Source of the DNA: Patescibacteria group bacterium
GTDB lineage: Bacteria > Patescibacteriota > UBA1384 > XYA2-FULL-43-10
NCBI GenBank assembly: GCA_041674405.1
Contig: JBAYVT010000001.1
Span: 103,967 to 167,966, forward strand
DNA length: 64,000 nt
Direction: 5' to 3'
Shown: piece by piece, positions 36,718 through 45,041 of the stretch
How the letters are laid out: every line of letters begins with the position of its first letter
Position numbering within the stretch: position 1 is the first letter of the stretch
The notes under the pieces: generated by a model
Told to the model about the DNA's origin: nothing
The model's input: the letters and a program-made list of their open reading frames with translations, nothing else
The model's database searches: none
Made by a program: the position numbers and the translations under genes

Positions 36718-37837
36718 CGATCAATCTTTTATATAAACTCTCATATTGTGGAACAATTTTTCCAACAGAGAAATTTTCTTCAACTTTCTTTTTTGCATTT
36801 TCTGAAATTTTCTTGTACTCCCTTTCATCTGTTAGGACCTGAACAGCATATTCAGCCATTTTTGAAGTCTCACCAACCTCTACCAAAAAACCATTCTTTT
36901 GATGATCAATCATCTCGCTCATTCCGCCCACCCTGGTAGAAATGACCGGGACCCCCAAAGACATCGCTTCCAAAGATGACAAGCTAAAGTTCTCTTTTTC
37001 CGAGGGCAAAAGAAATAAATGAGAAATCGACAATAGTTTTTCTATTGAGCTTTGCAAACCCAAGAAATGAATTTTATTTATCAGCCCGCGCTTGGACGCC
37101 AATTTATATGCCGTACGCTGTTCTGGCCCGTCGCCAATTAACAATAATCTGGAATCAACCTTCTTCTGAACTTCTTCAAATACTTTTATCACGTCTTCAA
37201 TTCGTTTAACAGCGCGGAAGTTGGACATATGGGTAATGATCTTTGCATTATTGGTTCCAAAAACCTCTTTTAAATCCTCGGGTATTTTCTTAGGCGGTTT
37301 TATATCCACAAAATTGTAAATTACATCGATCTTTTCTTCTAATTTATATGCTTCTTTCGCTTCATCCACCATGGCTTTTGAAACAGAGGTAATTGCATCT
37401 GATTTGGAAATGGTAAAACCAACCGCATCTTTAATTATTGGATCATGCCCAATAATTGAAACATCCGTCCCATGCAAAGTAGTCACGACTTTAACTTTTT
37501 TCCCGGCCCTCTCCACCATTTCTCGAGCAATGTATGCAGACAGCGAATGGGGAACAGCGTAATGGCAATTGATAACCTGAATATTGTTCTGCATTACAAC
37601 ATTGTATATTTTATTTGCCAGAGTTAATGAATAGGGAGCAGTATCAAAAAGCGGATATTCAAATTGTTCAACTTCATGATAGAAAACATTTTTTTTCCAC
37701 GGACCAATAAGCTTGAAAGGTACTTCGGATGCAATAAAATGGACCTGGTGGCCCCTTTTTGCTAATTCGAGACCAAGAGAGGTACCGACAATTCCACTCC
37801 CGCCGCTTGAAGGATAACATATTATTGCAATTTTCAT
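36707..37837 (-). CDS. GT4 glycosyltransferase, BshA/MshA-like (N-acetyl-glucosaminyl transferase type)
   Basis: N-terminus MKIAIICYPSSGGSGIVGTSLGLELAKRGHQVHFIA closely resembles the BshA N-terminus, with a GT4 C-terminal E...E region. Confidence 0.75.
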   Translation of the reverse strand: MKIAIICYPSSGGSGIVGTSLGLELAKRGHQVHFIASEVPFKLIGPWKKNVFYHEVEQFEYPLFDTAPYSLTLANKIYNVVMQNNIQVINCHYAVPHSLSAYIAREMVERAGKKVKVVTTLHGTDVSIIGHDPIIKDAVGFTISKSDAITSVSKAMVDEAKEAYKLEEKIDVIYNFVDIKPPKKIPEDLKEVFGTNNAKIITHMSNFRAVKRIEDVIKVFEEVQKKVDSRLLLIGDGPEQRTAYKLASKRGLINKIHFLGLQSSIEKLLSISHLFLLPSEKENFSLSSLEAMSLGVPVISTRVGGMSEMIDHQKNGFLVEVGETSKMAEYAVQVLTDEREYKKISENAKKKVEENFSVGKIVPQYESLYKRLIANS

Positions 37838-37868
37838 ACTACTCTCCTGAATTTATTGATATGGTGAT

Positions 37869-38867
37869 TTAGTCCTTTTTTGCCGGCTTACGCAAGTACT
37901 CTGCTGCCTCTTCCGGAGACATTATATCGATTATGACGCCGCTTCCAAGTTCGTATCCGCCATAATTGGCGAGGCGTGGTGTAATTTCGAGATGCCAGTG
38001 GTAAGAGGCAGAATTTTCGAAAGTATTTGGCAGTGAATGAATATAAAAGTTAAGCGGTATATTTTTAACATTTTTTTCCATTTTTTGCAAGACACAGTGG
38101 AGCGATTCACCCAAAGATTTCATGTGCGATTTAGGCGTATTTTCAAATTCGCTTTCATGGTTTTTGGGCAAAATCCAAGTTTCCATTGGGAATCTGGCAG
38201 CAAAGAACGTGATCGCAATAAAATTATCATTTTCATAAACAATGCGAATTTTTTCTTTCTTTTCATGCTTGATAATGTCGCAAAAAACACAAACGCCGTT
38301 AATGCCATAATACCGCTCTGCGCCGTCCATTTCCCGCCCGACATTATTTGCTACAATTCCCGAGGCAAATATTTGCGCGTGGGGGTGTTCGATTGATGCA
38401 GCGGCCTCTGCTCCCTGATTGTATATTGGCATCACAGAAACCACTCCTTCTACATTTTTCATATCTATATACCGGTCCTGGATGACTTCAAGCATTTCTG
38501 TGATTTTTGAACTATCGAAGGCGATCAAGTTTTCGTCGTGATTTTTTGCAATTATAACTTCGTGATCGCCGACAGCCGGCCTTGCCCTGTAAAAACCTTC
38601 CTCGGGATAGAAACTGCGGAGTTGCGTCTTGGATTCTTTTTCGACGAATGCCGGGAACTTGTTCTCTATAACATAAAAATTTGTTGTTGCGGCTCTGCGA
38701 ACTTTTTCATTTTGTTTGTATCCTTCCGATCCCTCGCAAAACGGGCATTTGGACTTATCAGAAACTTTGACGCTTGGTGGAATTACAAAATCCTGCGGCC
38801 TCTTTGCTCGCTCCGGAGCAATAACAACCCACTCTCCGGTTATAATATTTTGTCTTAACTGAGGCAT
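37869..38867 (-). CDS. Galactose-1-phosphate uridylyltransferase family (GalT-like, HIT superfamily)
   Basis: N-terminal CPFCEGSE zinc knuckle and HPHAQI (HxHxQ) nucleotidyl-transfer motif. Confidence 0.8.
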   Translation of the reverse strand: MPQLRQNIITGEWVVIAPERAKRPQDFVIPPSVKVSDKSKCPFCEGSEGYKQNEKVRRAATTNFYVIENKFPAFVEKESKTQLRSFYPEEGFYRARPAVGDHEVIIAKNHDENLIAFDSSKITEMLEVIQDRYIDMKNVEGVVSVMPIYNQGAEAAASIEHPHAQIFASGIVANNVGREMDGAERYYGINGVCVFCDIIKHEKKEKIRIVYENDNFIAITFFAARFPMETWILPKNHESEFENTPKSHMKSLGESLHCVLQKMEKNVKNIPLNFYIHSLPNTFENSASYHWHLEITPRLANYGGYELGSGVIIDIMSPEEAAEYLRKPAKKD

Positions 38868-38952
38868 CTTAAACCCTCCGCGACACCTTAATTATTCAGA
38901 TAGTTTGTCGCGCCCCTCGTAGCTCATAGAGCGAAGTGGGGCAAATTTAATT

Positions 38953-39459
38953 CTATTTTTTTAGATTGATGTTGGTTTGTGCATGCGTGATTGCAACCGC
39001 CAACGCATCTGCCGCATCATCTGGTTTGGGGCATGATTTGAGTTTGCAAATAATTTTAACCATCTCCTGAATTTGGGATTTTTCCGCTCTGCCATATCCC
39101 GTAAGCGCTTGCTTAACCTGCAACGGCGTATATTCATAAACCGGAAGATTCGCGCCTTTTGCACACACTATGGCCACACCCCTAGCCTCAGCTACCGAAA
39201 TGACAGTTTTTTGGTTCTTGAAAAAAAACAGGCTCTCAATTGCTACTTGGTCTGGTTTTTCCTTTTCAATTATATCAGACAGGCTTTTGTAAATAAAATT
39301 CAATCGGTCAGGCTGGTTGAGATTGGCGCGGGTGCGAATACAACCATATTTAACAGGTCTTATGCCACCTGAAGCCTTCTCTATAACCCCATAACCCATA
39401 ATCCCAGTACCCGGATCGATGCCTAAGATCTTAATTGTTTCATTGCTAAATTGTTTCAT
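38953..39459 (-). CDS. ruvC: Crossover junction endodeoxyribonuclease RuvC
   Basis: ILGIDPGTGIMGYGVIE..., RNase H-like fold, ~168 aa. Confidence 0.9.
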   Translation of the reverse strand: MKQFSNETIKILGIDPGTGIMGYGVIEKASGGIRPVKYGCIRTRANLNQPDRLNFIYKSLSDIIEKEKPDQVAIESLFFFKNQKTVISVAEARGVAIVCAKGANLPVYEYTPLQVKQALTGYGRAEKSQIQEMVKIICKLKSCPKPDDAADALAVAITHAQTNINLKK

Positions 39460-39510
39460 TGCTTCCGCGTTTATCCGCGCAATTCAATCCGCGGTTGGAA
39501 TTTTTTTAAC

Positions 39511-40236
39511 TTAAAGATTTACATTGATGTAAATCTTACTCACATCATCCAGGTCATCAAGCGCATCCATTAGCTTCATCAAAGATTCTTTTTTGTCTTC
39601 AGCAATATCTATAGAAGTATTCGGTTTCATCGAAGGTTCAGCTGATTCTAGCACAATTTTTGCACTCTCCAGGCTGGTTTTCACATTATTTAGATCAGAA
39701 AAATTGGTGTATATATAGTACATACTATCATCTTTTTCGAAATCCTCGGCTCCTGAGTCGATTATCGCTTCCTCAAGTTCTTCATCTTTTAAATTGTTTT
39801 TAGTCTCATCGACTATGATCTCACCAACTTTTTTAAATTGATAATTTACGCTACCCGGCCCAGCAAGGGACCCACCGTTTCGATTTAATATTGCTTTGAT
39901 ATCGGCGACTGTACGATTTTTGTTGTCAGTAAGGCATTCTACTAAAAGTCCAGCCCCACCAGAACCATAAACTTCATATACAACCTCTTCAATAGCCGCT
40001 GCATCTCCTCCGCCTGAACCTCGCTGTATGGCCCGCTCGATGTTTTCTTTTGGCATGCTTGCTGCCTTGGCGTTATCGACAGCCATACGGAGTGTCGGAT
40101 TAGATGCTGGATCCCCCCCACCATCGCGCGCAGCAATCGTGATTAGTTTACCGAGCTTGGTAAATATTTTGCCGCGCTTGGCGTCAATCACTGCTTTTTT
40201 TCTTTTAGTCGTTGCCCATTTGCTATGTCCGGACAT
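39511..40236 (-). CDS. YebC/PmpR family DNA-binding transcriptional regulator
   Basis: MSGHSKWATTKRKKAVIDAKRGKIFTKL is the canonical YebC N-terminus. The track ORF extends 38 codons further upstream; the start is set at MSGHSKW. Confidence 0.9.
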   Translation of the reverse strand: MSGHSKWATTKRKKAVIDAKRGKIFTKLGKLITIAARDGGGDPASNPTLRMAVDNAKAASMPKENIERAIQRGSGGGDAAAIEEVVYEVYGSGGAGLLVECLTDNKNRTVADIKAILNRNGGSLAGPGSVNYQFKKVGEIIVDETKNNLKDEELEEAIIDSGAEDFEKDDSMYYIYTNFSDLNNVKTSLESAKIVLESAEPSMKPNTSIDIAEDKKESLMKLMDALDDLDDVSKIYINVNL

Positions 40237-40300
40237 ATCGAAATCTCCAAATAATTTTACCCTTGCATGATACTTGAAAACGGCCCTGATTTCAATCTTG

Positions 40301-41161
40301 TCAGTTTGGAGAAATACCTCCAGGGGTAAGAGAAAACCCGATTGTGCCATCTCGGTCGGTGCGGTAGTCTTGGATATTTCGGGAATTTAATAAATCAAGA
40401 GTTGCTGCATGCGGATGGCCATATTTATTCTCCACGCCAACCTCAATAACTGCCACCTGAGGATTGATTTCGTTCAGTGTTGTGGCATTTGTCCCGTTTG
40501 TCGAGCCATGGTGAGAAATTTTCAAAAGATCGGCAGAATAATCTACATTATTTGCTTTTAACTGAGCATATGCAATTGCCTGTTCGTCGGTTTCCATATC
40601 GCCGAGAAAATCGGCGCAATGAGAAAATTCGCAAAAACGGACAAATTCCGAAGTATTGTTCAGGTTATCTCCTGAGATTCCCAAATATTTCTTGCCCGGC
40701 CAAAGAAATTGCAATTCAGCATCGCCAAAAACAGAAATCTTGTCTCCAATTTCCGGAATGGACATTGGGATATTTTTAGATGTAACAGCGTTCAAAAAAT
40801 TAAGATATTGATCACTTGTTGTGATAGAACCGGATGAATAAATCTGCCCAACCTCATATCTTTGAATGATTTGATTAATTCCAGTTAAGTGGTCTGCATG
40901 AGGATGAGTCAAAATGACGATGTCAATTCTTCGATCAGTGATCGGCATGATTTTTCCAATTTCTGAAAGGATGCTGTCATCCGGACCGCCATCGATAAGA
41001 ATTTGATAATCACCTTTTTGTATCAGTTCCGCATCCCCTTGGCCAACATTTAAGAAATATATATTGAGACTATCTGTTGTGGGGCTTTTGGCGATTGTAA
41101 CCCAAAGAAAAATCAAAATTATTATCAAAACCCCCAATATAATTTTTGTGATTCTTCTCAT
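40301..41161 (-). CDS. ComEC-type metallo-beta-lactamase domain protein, membrane-anchored (C-terminal module of ComEC/Rec2 as a separate ORF)
   Basis: ILTHPHADHLTGI MBL motif with its own N-terminal TM helix. ATGA overlap with the upstream ComEC N-terminal ORF. Confidence 0.75.
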   Translation of the reverse strand: MRRITKIILGVLIIILIFLWVTIAKSPTTDSLNIYFLNVGQGDAELIQKGDYQILIDGGPDDSILSEIGKIMPITDRRIDIVILTHPHADHLTGINQIIQRYEVGQIYSSGSITTSDQYLNFLNAVTSKNIPMSIPEIGDKISVFGDAELQFLWPGKKYLGISGDNLNNTSEFVRFCEFSHCADFLGDMETDEQAIAYAQLKANNVDYSADLLKISHHGSTNGTNATTLNEINPQVAVIEVGVENKYGHPHAATLDLLNSRNIQDYRTDRDGTIGFSLTPGGISPN

Positions 41162-42702
41162 AAAATTATTCTAAATTTTCTAATACCAAAAAACAAAAAA
41201 ATTATTATGCAAGAATAAAGAAATAAAACTAAAACAATTGAATTTTGGCCAAATTCGAACGATGAAAACGGCAGCACTGAAGCGATTTCAGTAGCCTTGA
41301 TAACATATGTTAAAACTGGCCAAGCGAGTAATGCAAGAATTTTTCCCAAATAATAGTATATTATTCCTGATAGGCCAGCAATGAACGAGACCAGCATGGC
41401 AAGTGGCAGAATCCAAAGAACCAGAAAATTAGCAATCGGAGCAATCAGCGAAAACCTACCAAAAACATAGATAATGAGTGGAAAAACAGCGATTTGTGCC
41501 GATAGGGTTTCAACGAATGGTAATTTTATCCAATCGGGCCAGTTTCGAAATCTTGATGAATCAAATAGCCTTGAAATGATAGGAGAGAAATAAATTAGGC
41601 CAGCAAATGCAAGAAACGAAAGCTGAAAACCAATATCATTTGTAAGAATAAAGGGATTTGCAAGAATCATAATTATTGCCGCAAGCAACATCATATTTGT
41701 CTGATCTGCTTTGCGGCCAACTGTCGACCCATAAATTACCAACGTTGAAAATATTCCCGCCCTTATCACACTTGAGGCAGCACCAGTCATGATCACAAAC
41801 AATGTTACAAGCACGACTCCGGCCCAGAAAGTTTTTCTTTTTCCTAGATGCTGGACAAGTAATTGTGAAAAAACCAGCATGATTATTGTCACGTTATATC
41901 CAGAAAGTGCAACAATATGGGTTAGGCCGGTTCTGTTTAAATCATCGGTTAAATCGGCTGGAATATTTCTCTTGATTCCAAGAACAAGTCCCGCGGCAAG
42001 CGATGCTTGGGGTTCCGGGAGAATACTATTGATCGACTGCTCAAAGTATGATGATATCATATACAATATCCTGATTGAATGCGTAATCATACTCTGATTT
42101 TTTCCACTTTTAAATACTGAATCAGGATTTTGAATAATCCCCGAAACCAGATTTTTCTTAAGAAATTTTTTATACGATGGATCAATGCTGCTACTCGTGC
42201 TTGACTCCACATTTCCAGATAGCTCGACATAATCGCCATATTCAAGAATTGGAATTTTTGGCAAATCGGCCTGAATTCTTGGTTCGGAACTTGAAATAGT
42301 CGTGCCATCGACATTTTTTACTGAAATTTCGACGCGTTGTTTTTCATAATCAACTTGCGGGTTATTTGCTATCATTCCGACAATTTTCACATCGCCAAAT
42401 TTTGGCATCTCGGCCACCCGGCTCGAAAACAAGGAATAAAGCAATAAAGCTAAAAAAATTATTACAAATGACCAAGCAATGATAGTTAAAAGGCGATTTT
42501 TAAGTAGAAAATTTACAAGTGTGAAAAATATTAGAGATATGATGGTAAATAAAATAATTTGCCATGATCGAGCAAAATCAACAGCAGTGTATGACGAGAT
42601 AAAAATCCCTACAATAAATACTAGAGCATAAATTGTAAACACTCGATATGGCGGAATCATTTTTGATTGTAATGTTTTCATCGCTGTTGAAAACCCATTC
42701 AT
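41158..42702 (-). CDS. comEC: ComEC/Rec2 DNA internalisation channel, N-terminal (DUF4131 plus competence) part
   Basis: N-terminal OB-like DUF4131 region followed by the polytopic competence domain. Confidence 0.75.
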   Translation of the reverse strand: MNGFSTAMKTLQSKMIPPYRVFTIYALVFIVGIFISSYTAVDFARSWQIILFTIISLIFFTLVNFLLKNRLLTIIAWSFVIIFLALLLYSLFSSRVAEMPKFGDVKIVGMIANNPQVDYEKQRVEISVKNVDGTTISSSEPRIQADLPKIPILEYGDYVELSGNVESSTSSSIDPSYKKFLKKNLVSGIIQNPDSVFKSGKNQSMITHSIRILYMISSYFEQSINSILPEPQASLAAGLVLGIKRNIPADLTDDLNRTGLTHIVALSGYNVTIIMLVFSQLLVQHLGKRKTFWAGVVLVTLFVIMTGAASSVIRAGIFSTLVIYGSTVGRKADQTNMMLLAAIIMILANPFILTNDIGFQLSFLAFAGLIYFSPIISRLFDSSRFRNWPDWIKLPFVETLSAQIAVFPLIIYVFGRFSLIAPIANFLVLWILPLAMLVSFIAGLSGIIYYYLGKILALLAWPVLTYVIKATEIASVLPFSSFEFGQNSIVLVLFLYSCIIIFLFFGIRKFRIIL

Positions 42703-42746
42703 TTTGTTATATTATCTATGATTGATGGTAAATAAGAAATACGACA

Positions 42747-43232
42747 ATGAAAAAACGAGATAAACAAATTGACGAGGTCAAGGAGCTGGAAGCCAAAGTC
42801 GCCGAACTCACAGCCGGTTGGCAGAGGACACAAGCCGATTTTATGAACTATAAAAAACAGGCTGCTGAAGACCGGGCAAAATTGATCGAATCTGCATGCT
42901 CTGCACTTATTTATGATATTCTGCCGGTCTTGGATCACTTTCAACTCGCAGCTAGACATCTACCAAAAGATCTTGAAAATAATGACTGGGCAATCGGAAT
43001 CAAGCATATAGAGAAACAATTCGAGACTATACTCTCCGAGAATGGTCTGACAAAAATCGAAACTGTCGGAAAACAATTTGATCCTCACTTACATGAAGCT
43101 GTGGAAGAGGTCGAATCCGACGAGCCAGAAGGAACTATTGCCGAAGAAACTTTGGCAGGATATGCATTCAATGGATCTGTGCTGCGTGCAGCCAAAGTAA
43201 AAGTTGTAAAAAATATTCCACCAAAGAGCTAA
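42747..43232 (+). CDS. grpE: Nucleotide exchange factor GrpE
   Basis: Coiled-coil N-terminus ...DFMNYKKQAAEDRAKLIESACSALIYDILPVLDHFQLA and C-terminal beta domain. Confidence 0.85.
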   Translation: MKKRDKQIDEVKELEAKVAELTAGWQRTQADFMNYKKQAAEDRAKLIESACSALIYDILPVLDHFQLAARHLPKDLENNDWAIGIKHIEKQFETILSENGLTKIETVGKQFDPHLHEAVEEVESDEPEGTIAEETLAGYAFNGSVLRAAKVKVVKNIPPKS

Positions 43233-43242
43233 GAGCCAATAC

Positions 43243-43277
43243 CCGCAATGAGGTTAATTTTGCGGACATATTTTTTC
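43243..43277 (+). terminator. Probable terminator after grpE
   Basis: CCGCAA-tgaggttaattt-TTGCGG followed by ACATATTTTTT. Confidence 0.45.
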
Positions 43278-43351
43278 GTGGTGAAGCTGATGAATAGGAT
43301 ATCAGCACCCATACGGGAAGTCAGCCGGTTCGATTCCGGCCACCGCGACCA
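43277..43351 (+). other. tRNA-like 75-nt element: paired acceptor ends, D-arm-like and canonical T-arm plus encoded CCA, but no anticodon arm (tRNA pseudogene or tRNA-mimic)
   Basis: CGTGGTG...GCCGGTTCGATTCCGGC-CACCGCG-A-CCA. The T-arm is identical over 20 nt to that of tRNA-Gly(CCC) at 2019-2092. Only 16 nt sit where the anticodon arm and variable loop (21-22 nt) should be. Confidence 0.45.
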
Positions 43352-43507
43352 TTCGACTCGTTTCACTCGCTCATGGCAAGCCAAAACGAAAAGTGAATCC
43401 ATTCGACTCTCTTTGCTCAGCCCAAATGGTCCCCTTCGGGGCTCATGGTAAACCGTCTGCCTCACCGATTATGGTGGGGCAGAATCCTAATAAGGTATAA
43501 TGAAGCC

Positions 43508-43975
43508 ATGCAACAAAAAACGAAAAAAGATACTATTGAAGAACGCAATGGCGGATTCGCCTGTGCGCATTGTAAGAAATGGGTAAATTTTTCTGACACG
43601 ATCGGAACACATCATAGAAATCATTGCCCCTATTGCCTCTGGTCCCTGCACGTTGACGACAAAGTTTCCGGCGACCGCAAGGCAGACTGCCATAGTAGCA
43701 TGGAGCCGATTGGATTGACGCTCAAAGAGGAAGGAATCGACAAATACGGGAACAAGAAACAGGGTGATGTGATGATTATTCATCAGTGTAAAAAATGTAG
43801 CAAAATTTCAATCAACCGCATCGCCGCCGATGATGGCAATGAAAAAATATTAGATCTATTGAACTATAAAATTGATTCTAAAACAAAAAAAGATCTCAGG
43901 GACTCTTCTATTGTTGTACTCAATCAATCAAATTATCCAGAAATTAAAACAGCTCTAATCGGTAAGAACATTTGA
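43508..43975 (+). CDS. RNHCP domain-containing protein
   Basis: CAHC...HHRNHCPYC...CKKC: the eponymous RNHCP motif with flanking Cys pairs. TATAAT lies 7 nt upstream of the ATG. Confidence 0.75.
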   Translation: MQQKTKKDTIEERNGGFACAHCKKWVNFSDTIGTHHRNHCPYCLWSLHVDDKVSGDRKADCHSSMEPIGLTLKEEGIDKYGNKKQGDVMIIHQCKKCSKISINRIAADDGNEKILDLLNYKIDSKTKKDLRDSSIVVLNQSNYPEIKTALIGKNI

Positions 43976-44575
43976 GGGAGTTTCTTCTAGGTGTTTGATG
44001 TCGTTAATAGTCTTTATGGAAATTTTTTTGTTTTCATCAATCAGTACGACACTAATGCTGGTATTGGCAATTTCTGTAAGCTTGCTGCCAATTTCTTGAT
44101 CAATGTAACAAAATAAATTCTTGAGCCAAATCCCGTGTGTTACAGCTAAAATTGTTTTATCCGAATAATCATTTGCGATCATCTTAATAAATTTCTTGAC
44201 ACGTATAAGCACGTCAGTGTCATTTTCGCCTCCCTCTGGGCAAAAATCTTCCTTAGACAGGCCCGAACTTAATCTCGCCTCCTCACGCAGCACCGACAAT
44301 TTACCTTCAAATATTCCGCTTCCTTTCTCTCGAAGCAAAGGCTCGTAAATAACCGGAAGGTCTGAGTGATATTTCAAAATTTCTTTAATAGTATCTTTGG
44401 TCCTTTTTAGATCGCTACAAAAAGCGATGTCAAAGTGTTGGTCTTTTAATCTCTCTCCAACTTTTCTCGCTTGTTCGGCTCCGATTTCGGAAAGTGGGTT
44501 ATGGGAATGTCCCTGAACAATTTTTTGGTCATTGTAGCCAGTATGTCCATGGCGGACAAATACGAGATTAATCAT
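43955..44575 (-). CDS. Histidine phosphatase family protein (phosphoglycerate mutase-like)
   Basis: N-terminal LVFVRHGHTGYN (RHG motif), downstream catalytic His (VTHG). Confidence 0.85.
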   Translation of the reverse strand: MINLVFVRHGHTGYNDQKIVQGHSHNPLSEIGAEQARKVGERLKDQHFDIAFCSDLKRTKDTIKEILKYHSDLPVIYEPLLREKGSGIFEGKLSVLREEARLSSGLSKEDFCPEGGENDTDVLIRVKKFIKMIANDYSDKTILAVTHGIWLKNLFCYIDQEIGSKLTEIANTSISVVLIDENKKISIKTINDIKHLEETPSNVLTD

Positions 44576-45041
44576 TGAGTTCCTTAATATATTTCACCAG
44601 CCAAAAGGTTTCGTCTGATTTGTTAGTAATTTTGCGATCGCTCAAAAATTTAAACCCGTTTTTTAGATAGAAGGCCCGTGTTCTATTATATGGTTCCCAA
44701 TCTTCTTTGTCAGATAACGTTTCCACAGTAATCTTTTTGACTTCCAGATTTCGCGCTGCCTTCTCAACCTTTTCAAGTAATTGCCCACCTACTCCCTTAC
44801 GATGAGAATTCAAGTTGACACCTAGCCAGGTAATTTTAATATCCCCCTCCTCGGATGAAAAAGTAATAAATCCAACAATTTTGCCATCATTTTCGGCAGC
44901 AAAACCATGATGCAATTTTAGATCAAGCGGAATTTCGTTCGAGATTGCATAATCATCAAACCAACCGGGATTTAGGGATTTTACAACCTTCATTACTCCG
45001 TCATGGTCGATTAGCTCAATCGGCCTAATTTTTATAGTCAT
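44568..45041 (-). CDS. GNAT family N-acetyltransferase
   Basis: ...HRKGVGGQLLEKVEKAARNLEVKKITVET... acetyl-CoA-binding core. Confidence 0.7.
   Translation of the reverse strand: MTIKIRPIELIDHDGVMKVVKSLNPGWFDDYAISNEIPLDLKLHHGFAAENDGKIVGFITFSSEEGDIKITWLGVNLNSHRKGVGGQLLEKVEKAARNLEVKKITVETLSDKEDWEPYNRTRAFYLKNGFKFLSDRKITNKSDETFWLVKYIKELND

Noticed and set aside
43277-43500. Permuted or two-piece tmRNA hypothesis for the tRNA-like element
   Set aside because: No tag-peptide reading frame (…ALAA-stop) and no GGGG-type 5' acceptor partner downstream. The acceptor stem is self-contained.
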